Source: Chiloscyllium plagiosum
Lineage: Eukaryota
Assembly: GCF_004010195.1 (NCBI RefSeq)
Contig: NC_057718.1
Span: forward strand, 47,885,803 to 47,949,802
Reading direction: 5' to 3'
DNA length: 64,000 bases
This document shows, piece by piece, positions 46,011 through 61,075 of the stretch. Under the pieces are notes generated by a model, which saw only the letters and a program-made list of their open reading frames with translations, was not told where the DNA came from and did not search any database. Within the stretch, counting starts at the first letter, position 1. Every line of letters begins with the position of its first letter. A program made the translations under genes and the position numbers.

Positions 46011-49000
46011 TTAAAGGATTGGCAACTATCACAGAAGGTTAAACTCCGCAGCTCACTGACGGGATGCTGGGTATGAATTCTGATTCGCAATCCACAACAG
46101 CTAAGATTCCTGCCACTGGAGATCTCTATTCTGGTAGGCTCCTCATAGCCGCAAATTTTTTAAAAAAATATTTGTTTGCGGGATGTGGGCATTGTTAGCT
46201 AGTCCAACATTTATTGCTTATGCTTAATTGATCTGGACAAGGTGGTGTTGAGCTGTCTTGTTGAAGCACTGCAGTTCTTAAGAGTTTGGGGATGCCTACA
46301 GCACTGTTTAAAAAGAGATCTAGCATTATGACCCAGAAACAGTGAAATAACAATAACATAATTCAAAGTCAAGATTGTGTATAGCTTGCAAAAATTGTAG
46401 GAGGTGCTGTTCAATCCAGCTGCTCCCATTGCCCTTCTATGTGGTAGAGGGCTCAGGTTTGGAAAGTGCAGTGAGACATGCCTTGGTGAGTTACAGCAGT
46501 GTATTTTGTAGATAGATGTAGTGACAGCAGCTTGCACTGTGATGAAGGAAGTTAACATTGCAGGTAGTTGACAGAGTGCCAATCAAGCACAGAGTGTTCA
46601 ATCACACTCCTTAGTCATGCCTTGTAAATGGTGGATAGGCATCAGAGAGACTACACTGCAGAATTCCTAGCATCCGACATGCCCCTTGTAGCCATAGGAG
46701 TGGTCCAGTTCAGCTTCTGATCAAGGGTCACCACCACCAACACCAAACCACCTCCACTCCCCACAAAATGCTATAAGTGGGGCAATCAGCAAAGGTAATG
46801 TCACTGAACTACAAGAGGGCAGTGGTTAGATTCTCTTTTGTCAGACACTGTTATTGCTTGGCATTTGTGTGGTGTGAATATTATTAGCCACTTCTTAGCC
46901 AACCCTGGCTATTGTGTAGGTCATGCTGCAGATGGACCTAGGTTGCTTCAGTATCTGAGTAGTGGTGAACAGTGCTGAACAGTGTGCAATCATCAGCAAG
47001 CACCCCACTTCTAACTTATGATGGAAAGAAGGTCTTTGTAGCAGCACTGAATTCATTTAAGCAAAGGACATATCCTGATGAACTCCAGGGACTGAGACGA
47101 CTGACCTCCAACAGTGACAAACTTCTTTTTTTCTAGTTATGACTCCAACCAGCATAGTGTTTAGCCCTATCATTGAGGGCGAGCATATTTGTGGCACCTC
47201 TGCCTGCTCTTAAGATTACTTATCCAACATGTAACTTGGCATCCATCAAAGCCCATCCACAGCTGGAAGCAAGGTAGGAGCACACAACTGCCAGGCAGAA
47301 CAGAACTAAAAACAAAAGCTGTAACAGAACTAAAAAAAAAATTACACTTAGGCGTTTGTTTAACGCATCTCTTGTTTGGAGATTTGATCAGAATCTGTAT
47401 TAAATTATAGGGTTGTACTAGTTTCTGTCCTGACTTCATCAGTCTCTCACTTGTGTAGTGATCTGGTTTGGTTTGGATTGACGAAGTGCTATCAAGTGAG
47501 ATTTCCCTGATCTGGGCTCATATTATACCTTACCATTGCACATGTAAGGCCAGCTCTGGTATTGATACCTGATATGAAAAACATTAGGAGAATAAAACAA
47601 GCATGTTTTCAATTAACAAATTTCACATTCTTAAGATGTTCTCAAAGTGTTGCCTTCACTTCTCTATGCCATCCAAAGCCTATTGTACTTTAGGTTCCAC
47701 TGCTGGCTGGCATGGTCCTTTATCCTTATTCTAAAACTTATGTCAGAGGATGTGACTTAGTCCACTTGATCATCCTCTGCAAGGGCCTCCCGCGATAAGT
47801 GGTTAAGCACAGCATATGATGATTAGCAAGATAAGAGTCGGGAAATACTACAGAGTTGCCTACTCTGTGTAATCATTGAAATCACAATTATGGTTCTGTA
47901 GTTGCATGGCTCTCTTCTAATGCATCACAAGCTCGGGAAGTGACAAAGGCAAAGGCAATGTTGAAGTTTTCAACAACAGATGAACTAAAATGGAGGCGGA
48001 AAGTGACGGAGAGGATATAGCTTGGAAGGTCAGCTCAGGGCCAACTGTGCTACAGATTGGTTAAATATAAGAAAGATGGTACACTAATGGAGGCAATTCC
48101 ATGCTTTAAAATGATCAGAGACTGACGACCTCAGAACCACACAACTGGCATAGGATGAAACTTTAACAGCCAGGGAGTGTGTTCCTGAGTTAGGTAACTC
48201 TGGATCTGTCCTCAGCCAACTTAAAGGTCTTCATAACTGAAATAAAATTTAAGTTTTAAAAGAAAATGTATTCTTTTTGTTTAATCTATAGGAACTCCCT
48301 TGACTTTTCTGCTCATTTAACTGGAAAAAATCCAAAGCCTCAGTTTCCCCCACAGGATGCATTCTTCAAAACCAGTGAAACGAGATGTATGGAGATAGAT
48401 ACAATCTCAGTTTGAAAGTAATTAAATTATTAATCATCCACATAAAACAAATTTCCAGTTGGTAATGATCCTTGGTTTCTGATCATTGTTGATTTCTGCA
48501 GGGAACAAATACACAGTTCTAAAACAGGAAAAACCCAATCTTTAAACAGGTGCAGTGGTCATCAATATGGACTATAATGTGGCTACACAAAATCCATTCA
48601 ATGAGTACTTCACTCGTAATCACTATTTTAAAAAAAAACAGAAATGTTTGTTGCAAATACTAAGTTACATACTTCCTTAAATATATGTAATTCATGCTAA
48701 GTAGTAAAACCTGATGAACAGGCAAAGACTCTCAAGCTTCTGCACTTCACAGCAAATGTCACTATTTCATGTCAAGCAAGTTATTTTGGAGCAACTCAAA
48801 CTAATTGTTACACTCACTACAAGATTCGCCTACCCTTGTCCAGATATTATAAGCTCTAACAAATTGAACTGCATTTCATCTCTAAATAGGCTGCAAATTA
48901 TCAATGAATATCTCAGATGTTAACCATTTTTACGAATCTGAAGTAGTGGTGCGTGGAATTGCATAAGCAAAATGAACTCTACAAAAAGTGACATCCGGAG

Positions 49001-50165
49001 ACTTCAACTGAGTAATGAATTCCAGAGAAGGAAATCACAAGTACAGAAACTGACAATTCGTCAATATGTATACTGTTACACAAAGCTGCAGGACAATGTT
49101 CTTTCCAGTTGAAGATATAATAAAAAAAAAAGGGACAGTACCAGGAACACAAAGCTAGAGAATTTTCTTACAAAGTACAAGCTGCTTGAAATTTGGAGCA
49201 GACCTTCGAGCACTTGTGAGCTGACATGATATTAATTGCTGCTGAGAGACATAAACAGAGGTCATAAAAAGACACATTTAAACAGAGCCAAACTGGCAGG
49301 TGGTTAGGATTGCAAACATGGCTAAATGTTTGTTACACAAACTAAAATGAGTAATTATAAACACAATGATATCTAAGTAAAGGATAGGACAGAGTCCGTA
49401 GGACTTGCAAACAATTTGCAGTTATGATGCCATAGCTAAGATCAGGATACTCTGACCTCAATGTGTTCCCTCAATATTTGCTGCTGCTGTTTGTAGGTAG
49501 TCCTGCCAGAAGATCTGCTTTCAAATTATTATGCTTATCTGTCTTCCACTATCCTCACATCCACTGTAGCCTATTTGCAACCATCCTTTGACAACCGGTA
49601 CCCAACCACATGCAGGCTAGGCCTTCTTTTTGTTGATCTTACTTTTCCCTCAGGAAGAACCTCGGTAGCTTTTCAACTCTGATCAAATGCCCAGAAAGCT
49701 GACATTTTCTTTTCTGGATGCGATTTTAGTAGTATAGTTCCTTTCACTCCTGCCTAAGATTTTTTAATATTGAATTGTTAATATATGTTAAGAGCAAATT
49801 TTAAAGACCTCTATTTTCTTATTCAAATCTTATTGTCGATTGGGTTTCTGAGGTACACAGGAAAGTGGATAGAATGTAACATCTTAACAGCTCCCCAACT
49901 CCCAAATGACATGCTTGAATTTTCTTGTTAACACTTACTTCAACTTCAGAAAATTACATCTGGTTCTTATCTTCTAATTTCTGCATCACATTTGCCATAT
50001 CAATGCCTACATACTCTAAAAATACTATTCATAATCTGAATCACTGAACATTTGCTTCCACGTGGTTTTACTTAAAAATTGAGCTCTAGATAAAAGTGTA
50101 AAAACCAAACAATGTAAGTTCCATACAGATTCCAGAATAGGATTTCTAATCTTAGCTCTAAAACC

Positions 50166-50537
50166 TTATAGAGGTTTACAAAATTATGAGGGGCATGGAT
50201 AGGGTAAATAGACAAAGTCTTTTCCCTGGGGTTAGGGAGTCCAGAACTAGAGGGCATAGGTTTAGGGTGAGAGGGGAAAGATATAAAAGAGACCTAAGGG
50301 GCAACTTTTTCACACAGAGAATGGTACGTGTATGGAATGAGCTGCCAGAGGATGTGGTGGAGGCTGGTACAATTGCAACATTTAAGAGGCATCTGGATGG
50401 GTATATGAATAGGAAGGGTTTGGAGGGATATGGGCCGGGTGTTGGCAGGTGGGACTAGATTGGGTTGGGACGTCTGGTCGGCATGGACAGGTTGGACCGA
50501 AGGGTCTGTTTCCATGCTGTACATCTCTATGCCTCTA
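50166..50537 (+). mobile_element. Young CR1 3' fragment
   Basis: MRGMDRVNRQSLFPGVRESRTRGHRFRVRGERYKRDLRGNFFTQR; very similar to the 39360 and 52986 copies. Confidence 0.92.
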
Positions 50538-52985
50538 AGTGAGAGAATAAAATGGTCATCTCTAAGAATATAAACTAAAACACTACAGGAATAGATGCAA
50601 ATTATACTCAAATTAGGTACCATCAGTTCCCTTGGCACACGGAACATTACTGCTTTCTTCTGACAGGCCATACACAGTAAATACTAGCACCTCCTGACAA
50701 ATAGTATAAATACTAATTAACCTGCTGCTCCTGAACACTTTCAGTAAACACCACAGACACCATTTCCTTAACACTGCACTGCAAATTGTCAGTATATTAA
50801 TTGGAAATCTGCAGTTGCCAAGTACATTGACTAAAAAAACCCACAAGGGGTTTCAAGCATCTTAAACAATGTCATGAAGTACTTCATAATTCTCTATCCT
50901 CAGACCTGCAAGAAATTAATTATTTCTTTGTTTCCAAAATTGAAATTATCTGCTTGGCATTCTAACCCCAAACTCCTCATCCAGTCTTAACTTCAGAGTA
51001 TCCTCTATTTTCTCCACTGTTTTGCCAAATCTCAGACAGACTGATTTGTTCTATATAGACAGTCGGCTAACCTATTGATTCTTTGAGTTCCTGACATGCA
51101 GACTACCTGCCTTGCAGATGTACAAGGTATTTGCAAATATTATCAACTCCCGTGTTCAGAATTTAGTTCTTTTTTACCCACATCAGCCCCCCACCTTCTC
51201 ATAGCTTTAAACCTCATCTTATAGTCCATCCTAACATCTCTATTCTCTCAATTTCTTTTTAAACATACCTCTTTCCCATCTTCTATCACATTATTACCCA
51301 GTTGCACAGCCATTTCTTCAAGCATTTTGTTTTAATCCATTCAATCTGACTTTCACTTCGAACTTTCTAGTAAAGCCATGCCATTAACAACATTGTTATG
51401 ATCAAAATCAATAGTTTAAATTAATGAAGGATTAATATTCCCTCCAAATATTTTGTAGTGATATTGGAGAAAGGGACATCAATGCAAGTCTACTTCCAAT
51501 CCCCACTGACACTCTATTGAATCTCACCTTTGCCAGATTGATAATTCAGCAGTTCAAGAAAAATTAAACCAGTCAGTTCAAGCCGTACTCATTGTTTTAA
51601 TGCACAGTATTATACTACTGCATTACCAATAAAATATGTAAACAAATCAAAACAGAGTTGTTAAAGAAAATTCCAGTCATCTCACATTATGATGCAGGCA
51701 TATTAGCAAAACCAATTTATTTGATAATCACTCTCAGTGACACAGATCAGAGCTCAACCTTTTACTTTACCATTGTGAAGTACTCAGCTGATCCAAAATT
51801 CAGAATAATACAATATCAAAATTAAAACAATGTTTGTGATCTGATTGGCTTGTATACAGCAAGATGCTCAGGCTGGTAACACTAGTTAGAACAAATGCAT
51901 AAGCATTCACCAACACTCACTCTAAAGTGTAAACCTATGCATTAGATTTCTTTATTTACTTCCATTTTTCTAAATAAATACCTATAATACTATTTTCACA
52001 TACGAAAATAATTCAACAGAATGTCTAGTTTTGTTTGAAAAAGCTTTGATTGATATGCAATCTGGATTAAAGTTGCACTCCACAAGAGAGAAAGATTATT
52101 TTGTGCAATGCTAAAATCTGTAGTTAAATTGCTAAGTGTACTTTATATAAATTATTGTTGTTAGAGAAAGAATCGAAGACTATGGGTTGGATTTGATGCA
52201 GTTTACTGCAACTGGAGCCATAGTGGCAGGCCTACTTAATTATGTGAGCAGCTCCGTGTCGGTTTCCCAGTACAGAAAACCTTCCCCCAAACGAGTGGGA
52301 CCTTGGAAGGGTCAAATTAACATCCTTTATCTCTGAATCCATGATAATGTAGTTGTTGTTTAGTGATTAAAATGGAGGCCAATGACTTGACCACATGCCC
52401 CACAAAACATCTAGTCATTTATTGACCTGCCTGTTGCACAACATTGCAATGCAAAAAAAAAGTCTGTATTTAGGAGGCACAAAAGCTATTACAGTCATCA
52501 TCCATTAAGTGAGGCTTGTGTGAAGGCCAGGAAACAGGAGGATGGCAAGCATAATGTCATGAATGAGATGCAATGGATCAGTTAATATACTTCTACTGAC
52601 CCATTTATTCCCCTCTGCTGAAATTATACAAAGTCCCTCAGTATTAATGGTCCTTGTAACCTCCTTCACCATTCCCTTAATCTTGCATTAAAGAACAGCA
52701 AAGCCATTCAGCCAACTTTTATAGTTTACAATATGGACATAGAAGCTATTTAAAATTACTCAAGTGCTATGAACAATAAAAGTGACTAGTTTAATATCAA
52801 ATGTGATAACTGTCTTGAATTAGTTTTACAGCAAGTGTCAACTCATGAACCTAGTGAGCTTTTACTGAATCGTCTTCAATGCAAGTTTATCACTTCTTAG
52901 GGAAAGAGACTAGCACTATAAGCAATACTCCACGTAAATGAAATAATTCCACAGATGCTGATATCCTGTCACCAGCACAGCGAAG

Positions 52986-53323
52986 AGGATAAATAGACAA
53001 AGTATTTTCCCTGGGCAAGGTGAGTCCAGAACTAGAGGGCATAGGTTTAGGGTGAGAGGGGAAAGATATAAAAGAGAACTAAGGAGCAACTTTTTCCCCG
53101 CTGAGAGTGATAAGTGTATGGAATGAGCTGCCAGAGGAAGTGGTGGAGGCTGGTACAATTGCAACATTTAAAAGGTATCTGGATGGGCATATGAATAGAA
53201 AGGGTTTGGAGGGATATGGGCTGGGTGCAGGCAGGTGGGACAAGATTGGGTTGGAATATCTGGTCGGCATGAACGAGTTGGACCAAAGGGTCTGTTTCCA
53301 TGCTGTACATCTCTATGACTCTA
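52986..53323 (+). mobile_element. Young CR1 3' fragment
   Basis: Same family as 50166 and 39360; ends catctctatgactcta. Confidence 0.92.
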
Positions 53324-54477
53324 AGTCAACCTTTATTTACATGTGAAAAGTACTTGACACTGATCCAGCTTCGTCAGAGTGTCAGGATATCTTACACTCT
53401 TGTTTTTATCTGTCAGTCAGGGCTCCCTTACAGGATCGCAATCAGGAAACTCATACTCTAAACATAAAATGCAGAATATTTAATCCTGAAAGGGGACACG
53501 CAAAATTTTGACTCGTCTTACTACATTCTACATTGCAATGCACTTCCACTTCCAGTACCTCTTTCTTTTGCAGTCTGTAATGTGGAGATGCAGTGCATGG
53601 GGTTAGGAAGCCAAAAGCTCTATTATACTGTATTAAACAAGATAAAGAAGAAAAATAAAAGACTTAATGACAAAATAGGAAATGGGGAACCCAAAATATA
53701 GGGAACTAGGCATACAACAGAAAGCAGAACTGTCATTGAAGCCTTATCTACTTAAAATATAATGTACACACATAATACATACTGTACAGCATTTTCCTAA
53801 AGTACAGCTGCCTAGAAAAGTTGCTAATTCTATATGGTCATTCAATAAAATAAATAGCTAGTTCCTCCATGAATAACTCATGATCATCTCATTACCAAAA
53901 TCAATTTGAAAAGACTTATTCAGCAAACATTGCATCAAATGAAGATACATATTACAGGATAATAGATTCTACTATAATATTAATCTTAGTACATAAACTA
54001 ACACCATATCATTAAATATGGTAAGACACTTCAGAAATCAGATCACTGTGACACAAATATGCACTATGAGGTTATAGCAAATGGTACTTTTTCCTGACTT
54101 TATATTTAATGATTAATTATTTTGTTCAGATGAAACCCAAGCAAAAGGGTAAACTCCATAAATAAGGGAAGAAAAGAAGCACTGTCATACAAAATGGTAC
54201 AAGCTGAAAGTGATTAAAGGTCCTTAGCAAAGTCAAGGAAACAGTACAGTGGGTCTGCATGATTTTCAGAAACTGATGAATTATTGCCTGTGTAGTCCCA
54301 TCATAAAAAGAACTTGCATGGCTGACTTGTTTTTTTTCTTTTGACTTGTTGCCTTGTAGTTCCTAAGGATTTCTGAGGTGGCAAACAATTAACTCCATTT
54401 ACTATTTCATTGTAGATTGATGTGTGATCACATCCTGAAATAATTACAACACAGGAAGACTTTTCAGCCCAAACAGT

Positions 54478-54712
54478 CTTAGACTCAGTTTTACAGCACG
54501 GAAATAGACTCTTCAGTCCAACTTGTCCATGGCGACCAGAACCTAAATTAATCAAGTCAATTTTCCAACATTTGGTCCATACCCCTCTAAACCCTTTCTA
54601 TTCATGTACCTATCCAGATGACTTTAAAATGGTGCAATTGTACCAGCTTCCATTACATCCTCTGGCAGTTCATTCCATGCACGCACCACTGTGTGAGAAA
54701 GTTGCCCTTTTG
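54478..54712 (-). mobile_element. CR1 3' fragment (older)
   Basis: Diverged copy of the same CR1 3' end. Confidence 0.7.
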
Positions 54713-55899
54713 TCAGTGTTTTATACTTTTATAATTGTAAGCACCTTTCCAGATCTCCTTTGTTATAACTATGCAGCCCCAATGTCTCAAAGAAATGTAT
54801 TGAAAAATCCTGATGACTTTGTGCTTTTTTTTTTAAATTGCCTCAACATTTTTCCAATAGTCTGGAGCCCAAAACTGCAGACAGCCATTCGAACTGTGTT
54901 CTTACTAAGGCTTTATTAATGTTATATTGCTAACTCCCAGCAATACCTCTCGCTAAACAGCTTCATCTTCGTTCGCTTTTCTGGTTAACTTAATCCACTT
55001 GAAATGCAATGTTTTGAGAGATGGAACGACAAAATCCCTCATCTCTCTATCATTATTAGTTGAACCAAAGCGGATACCTCACATTTAGACACTGAATTTC
55101 AACCATTAATTTTTGCCTATCCCACCATCTAAACAATGTCAGAATTATCCTTCATGTCTTTGTATAGCTTCCAAGTTTATGCATGCTCCCTTTACTCCAC
55201 GAACAAAACAACCAGAAGTTGTCCCACAACTGAACAACTTGGTATATTTTTATTTACTAGCAAGCAGTGAAAAACTGTCTTTTAACTGCCTTTCGATTTT
55301 TCTCTTTTAACCAGTTTAAATCCAAGTCTCGCTAATAAGATTTGAACTCTGACTCTGGACCACAAGTGATTCTGCTAAATAGATTCACGTGTAGCATTTA
55401 TCAAGGGTCAGATGAATTGAAAACTCAATCCTTTTTCCAGCACAAAACTAAATCTGATCAGCAAAAATACACACACAAGTTTTAAGTGTGCTTATAAAAG
55501 CAAAACACCAGCTATAGAGCAGGAATACTCATTAGATGAAAGAATGCATTAATTTGAACACTTTACTCCAATCTGCCATTCCTAGAATAAACTTGTAATT
55601 TTTGATATACATTATAGAGAGACTTACTATTGGATTTTCCTCCACTTACTCAGTTAACAGCCATTAACACTGCAGGAGCGATTGCAAGTGGAATATTGTT
55701 ACTAAATACTGTTATGTGCACAAAGGAGGGCAGAAAAAGATGATAGTTAAAAAAGAAACAATATCTGTTAAGTATGTTTTTCTTTTGAGGTTTGCAGATA
55801 AATTAAAACTTGTTGAATGGTTTCCTTTAAAATTGGGAAGTGTGAACAAAAGGAAGAAAGTATGTAGATTATGAAAACTTGAGCCAACAAAACATTGCA

Positions 55900-58235
55900 A
55901 TTAAGAACAGAAGAACTTGGAGCCAGAGTGCACAATTCAGTCCCTCCATTTGATACAATCATGACTGATCTCATCTTTGTCTCAACTCCAGTTTCCTGCC
56001 CACTCTCTAGAACCCTTCATCCCATGACGAATTAAAAACCTGTCCACCTCCTTAAGTTTACTCAACGTCCCAATATCCACCACACTTTGTAAAAAAGTGG
56101 ATTCTACAGATTCACAACCTTTTTGAGAGAAATAATTTCTCATCTTCGTGGTTAAGATAAGGTGTAGCAGATTTAAAACAGTGACCTCACATTCTAGATT
56201 GCCTGACAGGAGGAAACATCCTTTCTCCATCCAATTTGCTAATCCTATTTAGTATCTTAATTATCTCAATTACATCTCCTGTCATTCTTCTAAACTCCAG
56301 ACAGTAAAGGTCGAAACTGCTCAGTTTCTCTTCATAAGACAACCCCTTCATCTCTGGAATCATTCTAGTGAACTTCCTCAGAACTACTTCCAAAGAAATT
56401 ACATCCCTCTTCAAGGAAGAGGCCCAAAATTGTGTGTAATACTCCAGGTGCACAGTCACTAATATGGAATACAACTGCACCCACACATCTCTACTTTTTA
56501 TACTCTATTCATTTTGCCTTCCTTATTTCCTTCTGTATCTGCATATAGTTTTCTGCAATTCAAGTACAATGTCACCAGATCCCTCTGCACTGAAACACTC
56601 AACTTTTTCCCTCTTAAGATAAGTTGCCTTTTTATTTCTCAGACCAAAATGGATAACCTCACACTTACCTATGTTAAAATTCATCTGCTAAATTTCGGCC
56701 CATCGACTTAACCTATCCATATCCTTTTATAAATTTATTATCCATTTATCCCAACTTATTTTCCCACCATTTTAGGTGTCATCTGCAAATTTGACTACAT
56801 TACTTTCTATCCCTGCATCCAAGTCATTAATATCGATGATTTGCGGGCTCGAGAACCAAACCTTGCAGCACCTCACTGCATCTTGCCAACTAGAAAAAGA
56901 TCCATCTATAGTAACATAGGAGATAGGAACAGGAAGAGGTCATTCGGCCCTTCGAGCTTGCTCCACCATTTATCACAGTGATGGCTGATTGTCCAACTCA
57001 AAACCCTATTCCTGCTTTCACTCAATAACCTTTGATTCCATTCGCCACAAGTGCTATATCCTGCAGTCTCTTGAATACAACAATGTTTTGGCATCAACTA
57101 CTTCCTGTGGTAACGAATTCCATAGGCTCACTGCTCTTTGGGTGAAGAAATGTCTCATGTCCATCCTAAATGGTCCACCCCAAATCCTCTGGGTCTGTGA
57201 CCCCTGGTTCTGGACGCACCCAACATCAGGAACATCTTCTCTGCAGGACCCCATCTAGTCCTGTTACAATTTTAAGCCTTTATGAGATCCTCCCTCACTC
57301 ACCTGAACTCCAGTTCAAACAATCCTAACCTAGGTCAAGCTCTCCTCATATGTCACTCCCGCCATCCCTGGAATCAGCCTGGTAAACCTTCGCTGCTCTC
57401 CCTCAAGAGCAAGAGCATCCTTCCTCAGAAAAGGATACCAAAACTGGGACATAATATTCCAGGTGTGGCTTCATCAAGGCCCTGTGTAACCTCAACAACA
57501 CATCCCTGCTCCTGTACTCGAAATGTCTCACAACGAAAGCCAACATATCATTTGCCTTCTTTACCACCTGCTGCACCTTCATGCTTGCCTTCAGCGACTG
57601 GTGCACAAGGACACTCAGGTCCCACTGCACACTCCCCCACCCAACTTACAGCCATTCAGGTAGTAATTTATCCAGACTCTCTCCGTCGGTCAGCCAGTCC
57701 TCTATCCCAGCTACTAAATTACCCCTAACCCTTATTACCCCTTACCTTGTCCAGTAATCTTTTGTGCAGCAACATAAATGCCTTCTGGAAGTCCAGATAT
57801 ATTACTGGATCCCCATTATTCATATGGCTTGTTACATCTCCAACGAACTCCAGCAAAGTAGTCAAACATGATTTATGCTTCATAAAACCATGCTGACTCC
57901 AATGGATTATACTTTGACTTTCCAAATGTCCTGTTATTATTTCCTTAATAATGGATCTGACAATTTCTAAAGATAAGTTGAACTAACTGTTCTGCATTTT
58001 CCTATTTTCTGCTTTCCTCCCATTTTGAATAAGGGTATTAGATAAACATTTTTCTAATCCACTGGAACTTTTCTCACATCCAGGGAATTTTGGAATGGTA
58101 TAAACAATGGAACTTCTATTGTTGCTACCACTTCCTTTAAGACCCTAGGACATCGGCTGTCAGGCCCAGGGGACTTGTCTGCTTTAAATCCCAATAGTTT
58201 GCTCAGCACTTCTTCCCCAGTGATGATGGTCTCTC
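55900..58235 (-). mobile_element. CR1 ~1.5 kb with a second CR1 nested at about 56905-57666
   Basis: Host CR1 RT (KADKSPGPD, SQHGFMK..CLT.LLEF, IYLDFQKAF, LEYYTQFW) is interrupted at aaagatccat|..|ttatccagactctc by another CR1 3' fragment. Confidence 0.8.
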
Positions 58236-59489
58236 TAAAATCAAGTACATGGCCATGAAATCTGTGAAAAATAGTCACCTTCAAAATTAGTTTTAATGCA
58301 TTCTTGAAATTAACAATGTAATTATTAATTTTTGATACTGAGGTGAGTAAAATAAATTATATTAAAATCCAGCCTTTAGTTCCACTTTACAATGGACCAA
58401 GTGCAATCTCAATAAACATTTTCTGTAAAGAAAACTTCAGGACATACATCCAACAGTACGGAAGATACAACTACAATTTTCCAGTTTACAATCATTACAG
58501 TAAGGGTTCAATGTGCCAAACGTCTCAAGGGTTCCATCAGTTCCTGCTTCCTTAGCAGAAATTTCCCGTATACAGCTTAGATCTTGTCCAGGGGCAACTA
58601 ATTTACCTAAACAAAGGTAGAGGACTCAGGATGCCCTCTTCCACTGGCTCAATGGGATTCTGGCATGTCTCTGGATGCAGATATACCTAGTGAGTTGAAC
58701 ATTAGATTGGCAAAAGGTGGATCTCATCACTGGAGCAAGAAAGCAGCCTGGAACCTGAAAGCTATGGCATTTTAAAGAAGGAAATTGGAATAGTTCAGCT
58801 CCCTTAACATAGGAAGGCAAAAAAGACACCATTGACATTGGAGTTAGATGGGACTTTTTAAAAAGCCCATCTCTAAAACGTACTTCCAATAGTGTATGCA
58901 CCTGCCTGCTATATGTTCATTATTTGCCCTCCCACTGAACTTCAAACTAGCAAGGACAACACTGGAGACCATTGAACAAAAACTGGAATTGTCCTGAGGG
59001 AGTTCAGTATCTTGTAGTTAATAAAGTTGAGAAATGTTACCTTTATTAGGCGTCGTACATCCAAACTAATCCACGGCAAATATGTGAAGCTTCTCTGATG
59101 TGTTAAATCCAGAATCAATGAAGTAACAGATGGGAAAACAATGAGCAATTAAAAAATATAGCCAGCCTAAGTGTGAATATGGTCTGCAGTCAGATTTACA
59201 GGGAAAGTCACTTGTAATTGAGTGGAGTGGTTTAAATTTGATGACAATTTCCTAAACAGCTGTTATGAAATGCTTCAAAAATGCAGTTTCTTAGACACAA
59301 AATACTCCTGATGAATGTTATGCTGACATATTCAAAATTCTGGAAAGCAGTTATCAGCTTTTTAAATTTTGTCTAAGCACTGTTTAGCACTATTGCCTGT
59401 GGCCCATCAATAGCAATTCTGGTAAGTGGCTTAATTGTATCTTATTTTTGCAAAACGGAATTTACAACACTTCGTTAAAAATAAGTTCA

Positions 59490-61075
59490 AGAGATATGGC
59501 GGTTATTGCCTGGGACAACAATTATTTTTTGCCCATCTCGGATTGCTCTTGGGAAGTGGTGGTGAGTTGCATTCTTGAACCACTGCGGTCCTTAGGGTGT
59601 GGGTACAGCCACAGTGCTGTTAAGAAAGGAGTTCCAGGACTGTGACCCAGAAATAGTGAAGGAATGTTGATATAGTTTCAAGTCAAAATTATGGCTTGGA
59701 GGGGAACTTGCAGGTGGTCCCATTCCTTTGCATCTGCTGCCTTTGTCCTTCTAGATGGTGGAGATTGCAAATTTGGAAAATGATATCGAAAGTGCCTGGC
59801 TGAGTTTTTGCAATGCATCTTGTAGATAGCTCATATTTCTACCATCAACAGTGGTGAAGGGAATAAATGCTGAAGACAGTGGATGGGATGCCAATCAAGT
59901 AGGCTGTTTTGTCCTGGGTTAACGTCAAACATTGAATGTGGTTGGAGATTTACTTGTTCAGACAAATGAAGAGTACTCCATTACATCCTGGTGTGTGTCT
60001 TCCAGATGGTGCAGAGTCATTGGAGAGTCGGGGGAGAGTTGCTTATTGCAGAATTCCTAGCCCCTGACCTGTACTTGTAGCCACAGTATTTATTTGGCTA
60101 GTGCAGTTCAGCTTCTGGTCAATGGTAACTCCTAGGTTGGTGATAGTGGGGGGTTTCAGTGATGATGATGCTATTGAATGGTAAGTGGAGATTGTTATAA
60201 TTCTCTTTTGTTTCAGATGGCAGTTGCCTAGCATTTGAGTGGCTTGAATGTTACTTGTCACTTGTCAGCCAAAGCTTGGATGTTGTCCAGATTATGCTGC
60301 ATTTTAGATGTGGACTACTTCAGCATCAGTCATCTCAATACTGCTGAACTCTACACTAATAGCAAACCCTTTCATTTATGACTCTATGGTCACCCATAAC
60401 TTTTGATTTTCTTGCCAAGCAAGAGTCTACCTTTGCTTAAAATATGCAATAATCTCAGCTCCACCAACTTTTGAGGCAGAGTGTTTTATAGTCTCACAGC
60501 CACAAAACAATTCCCTTCTTCTTTGCCCTAAAAGGGTGGTCGCTATTTGGTCTCACCAATGCCCTATATAACTGACAAATAACACTCTTGTTTTTATGTT
60601 CAATTCCTCTTGTAATAAAGGTTAGTGTTCCATTAGTCTTCCTGATTAAGTGCTGTACTAGCATCTTCTTTTGTGTTAAGTATGTTTCCAACTACCAGAA
60701 TACTTTTGCTCTAATATGTACCCATTCCAGTTTTGCTGGGACTCCTTGATACTGGACTTGGTCAAATGCTGCCTTGATGTCAAGAACAATCTCTCTCACC
60801 TCACCTCTTGAGTTCAGCTCTTTTGTAAATGCTTGACCAAGACAATATAGGTCAGAAGTTGAGTGGCTCTGGCAGAATCCAAAGTGAATATCAGTGAGCT
60901 GACTATTTCTGAGCAAGCCTTGTTTTGATAGCATTATCAACCCAGACCATCAGTTTACATCAGAAAACAGACTGATAGGGCTTTAACTACCAGTTGGATT
61001 TGTCCTGCTTTGTATGGCCAGGATATACCAAACAATTTTCCACATTATTGAATAGATGCTTGTTGTACAGTGTCA
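59490..61075 (-). mobile_element. LINE family B fragments with an intervening CR1 piece (about 60385-60690)
   Basis: NLGVTIDQKLNCTSQINTVA; FGFCQSHST..KELNSRGEVREIVLDIKAAFDQV; KQDKSN. Confidence 0.75.

Noticed and set aside
52183..52635. Possible non-autonomous Harbinger MITE starting gggttggattt
   Set aside because: No convincing matching terminal inverted repeat or TSD could be identified.
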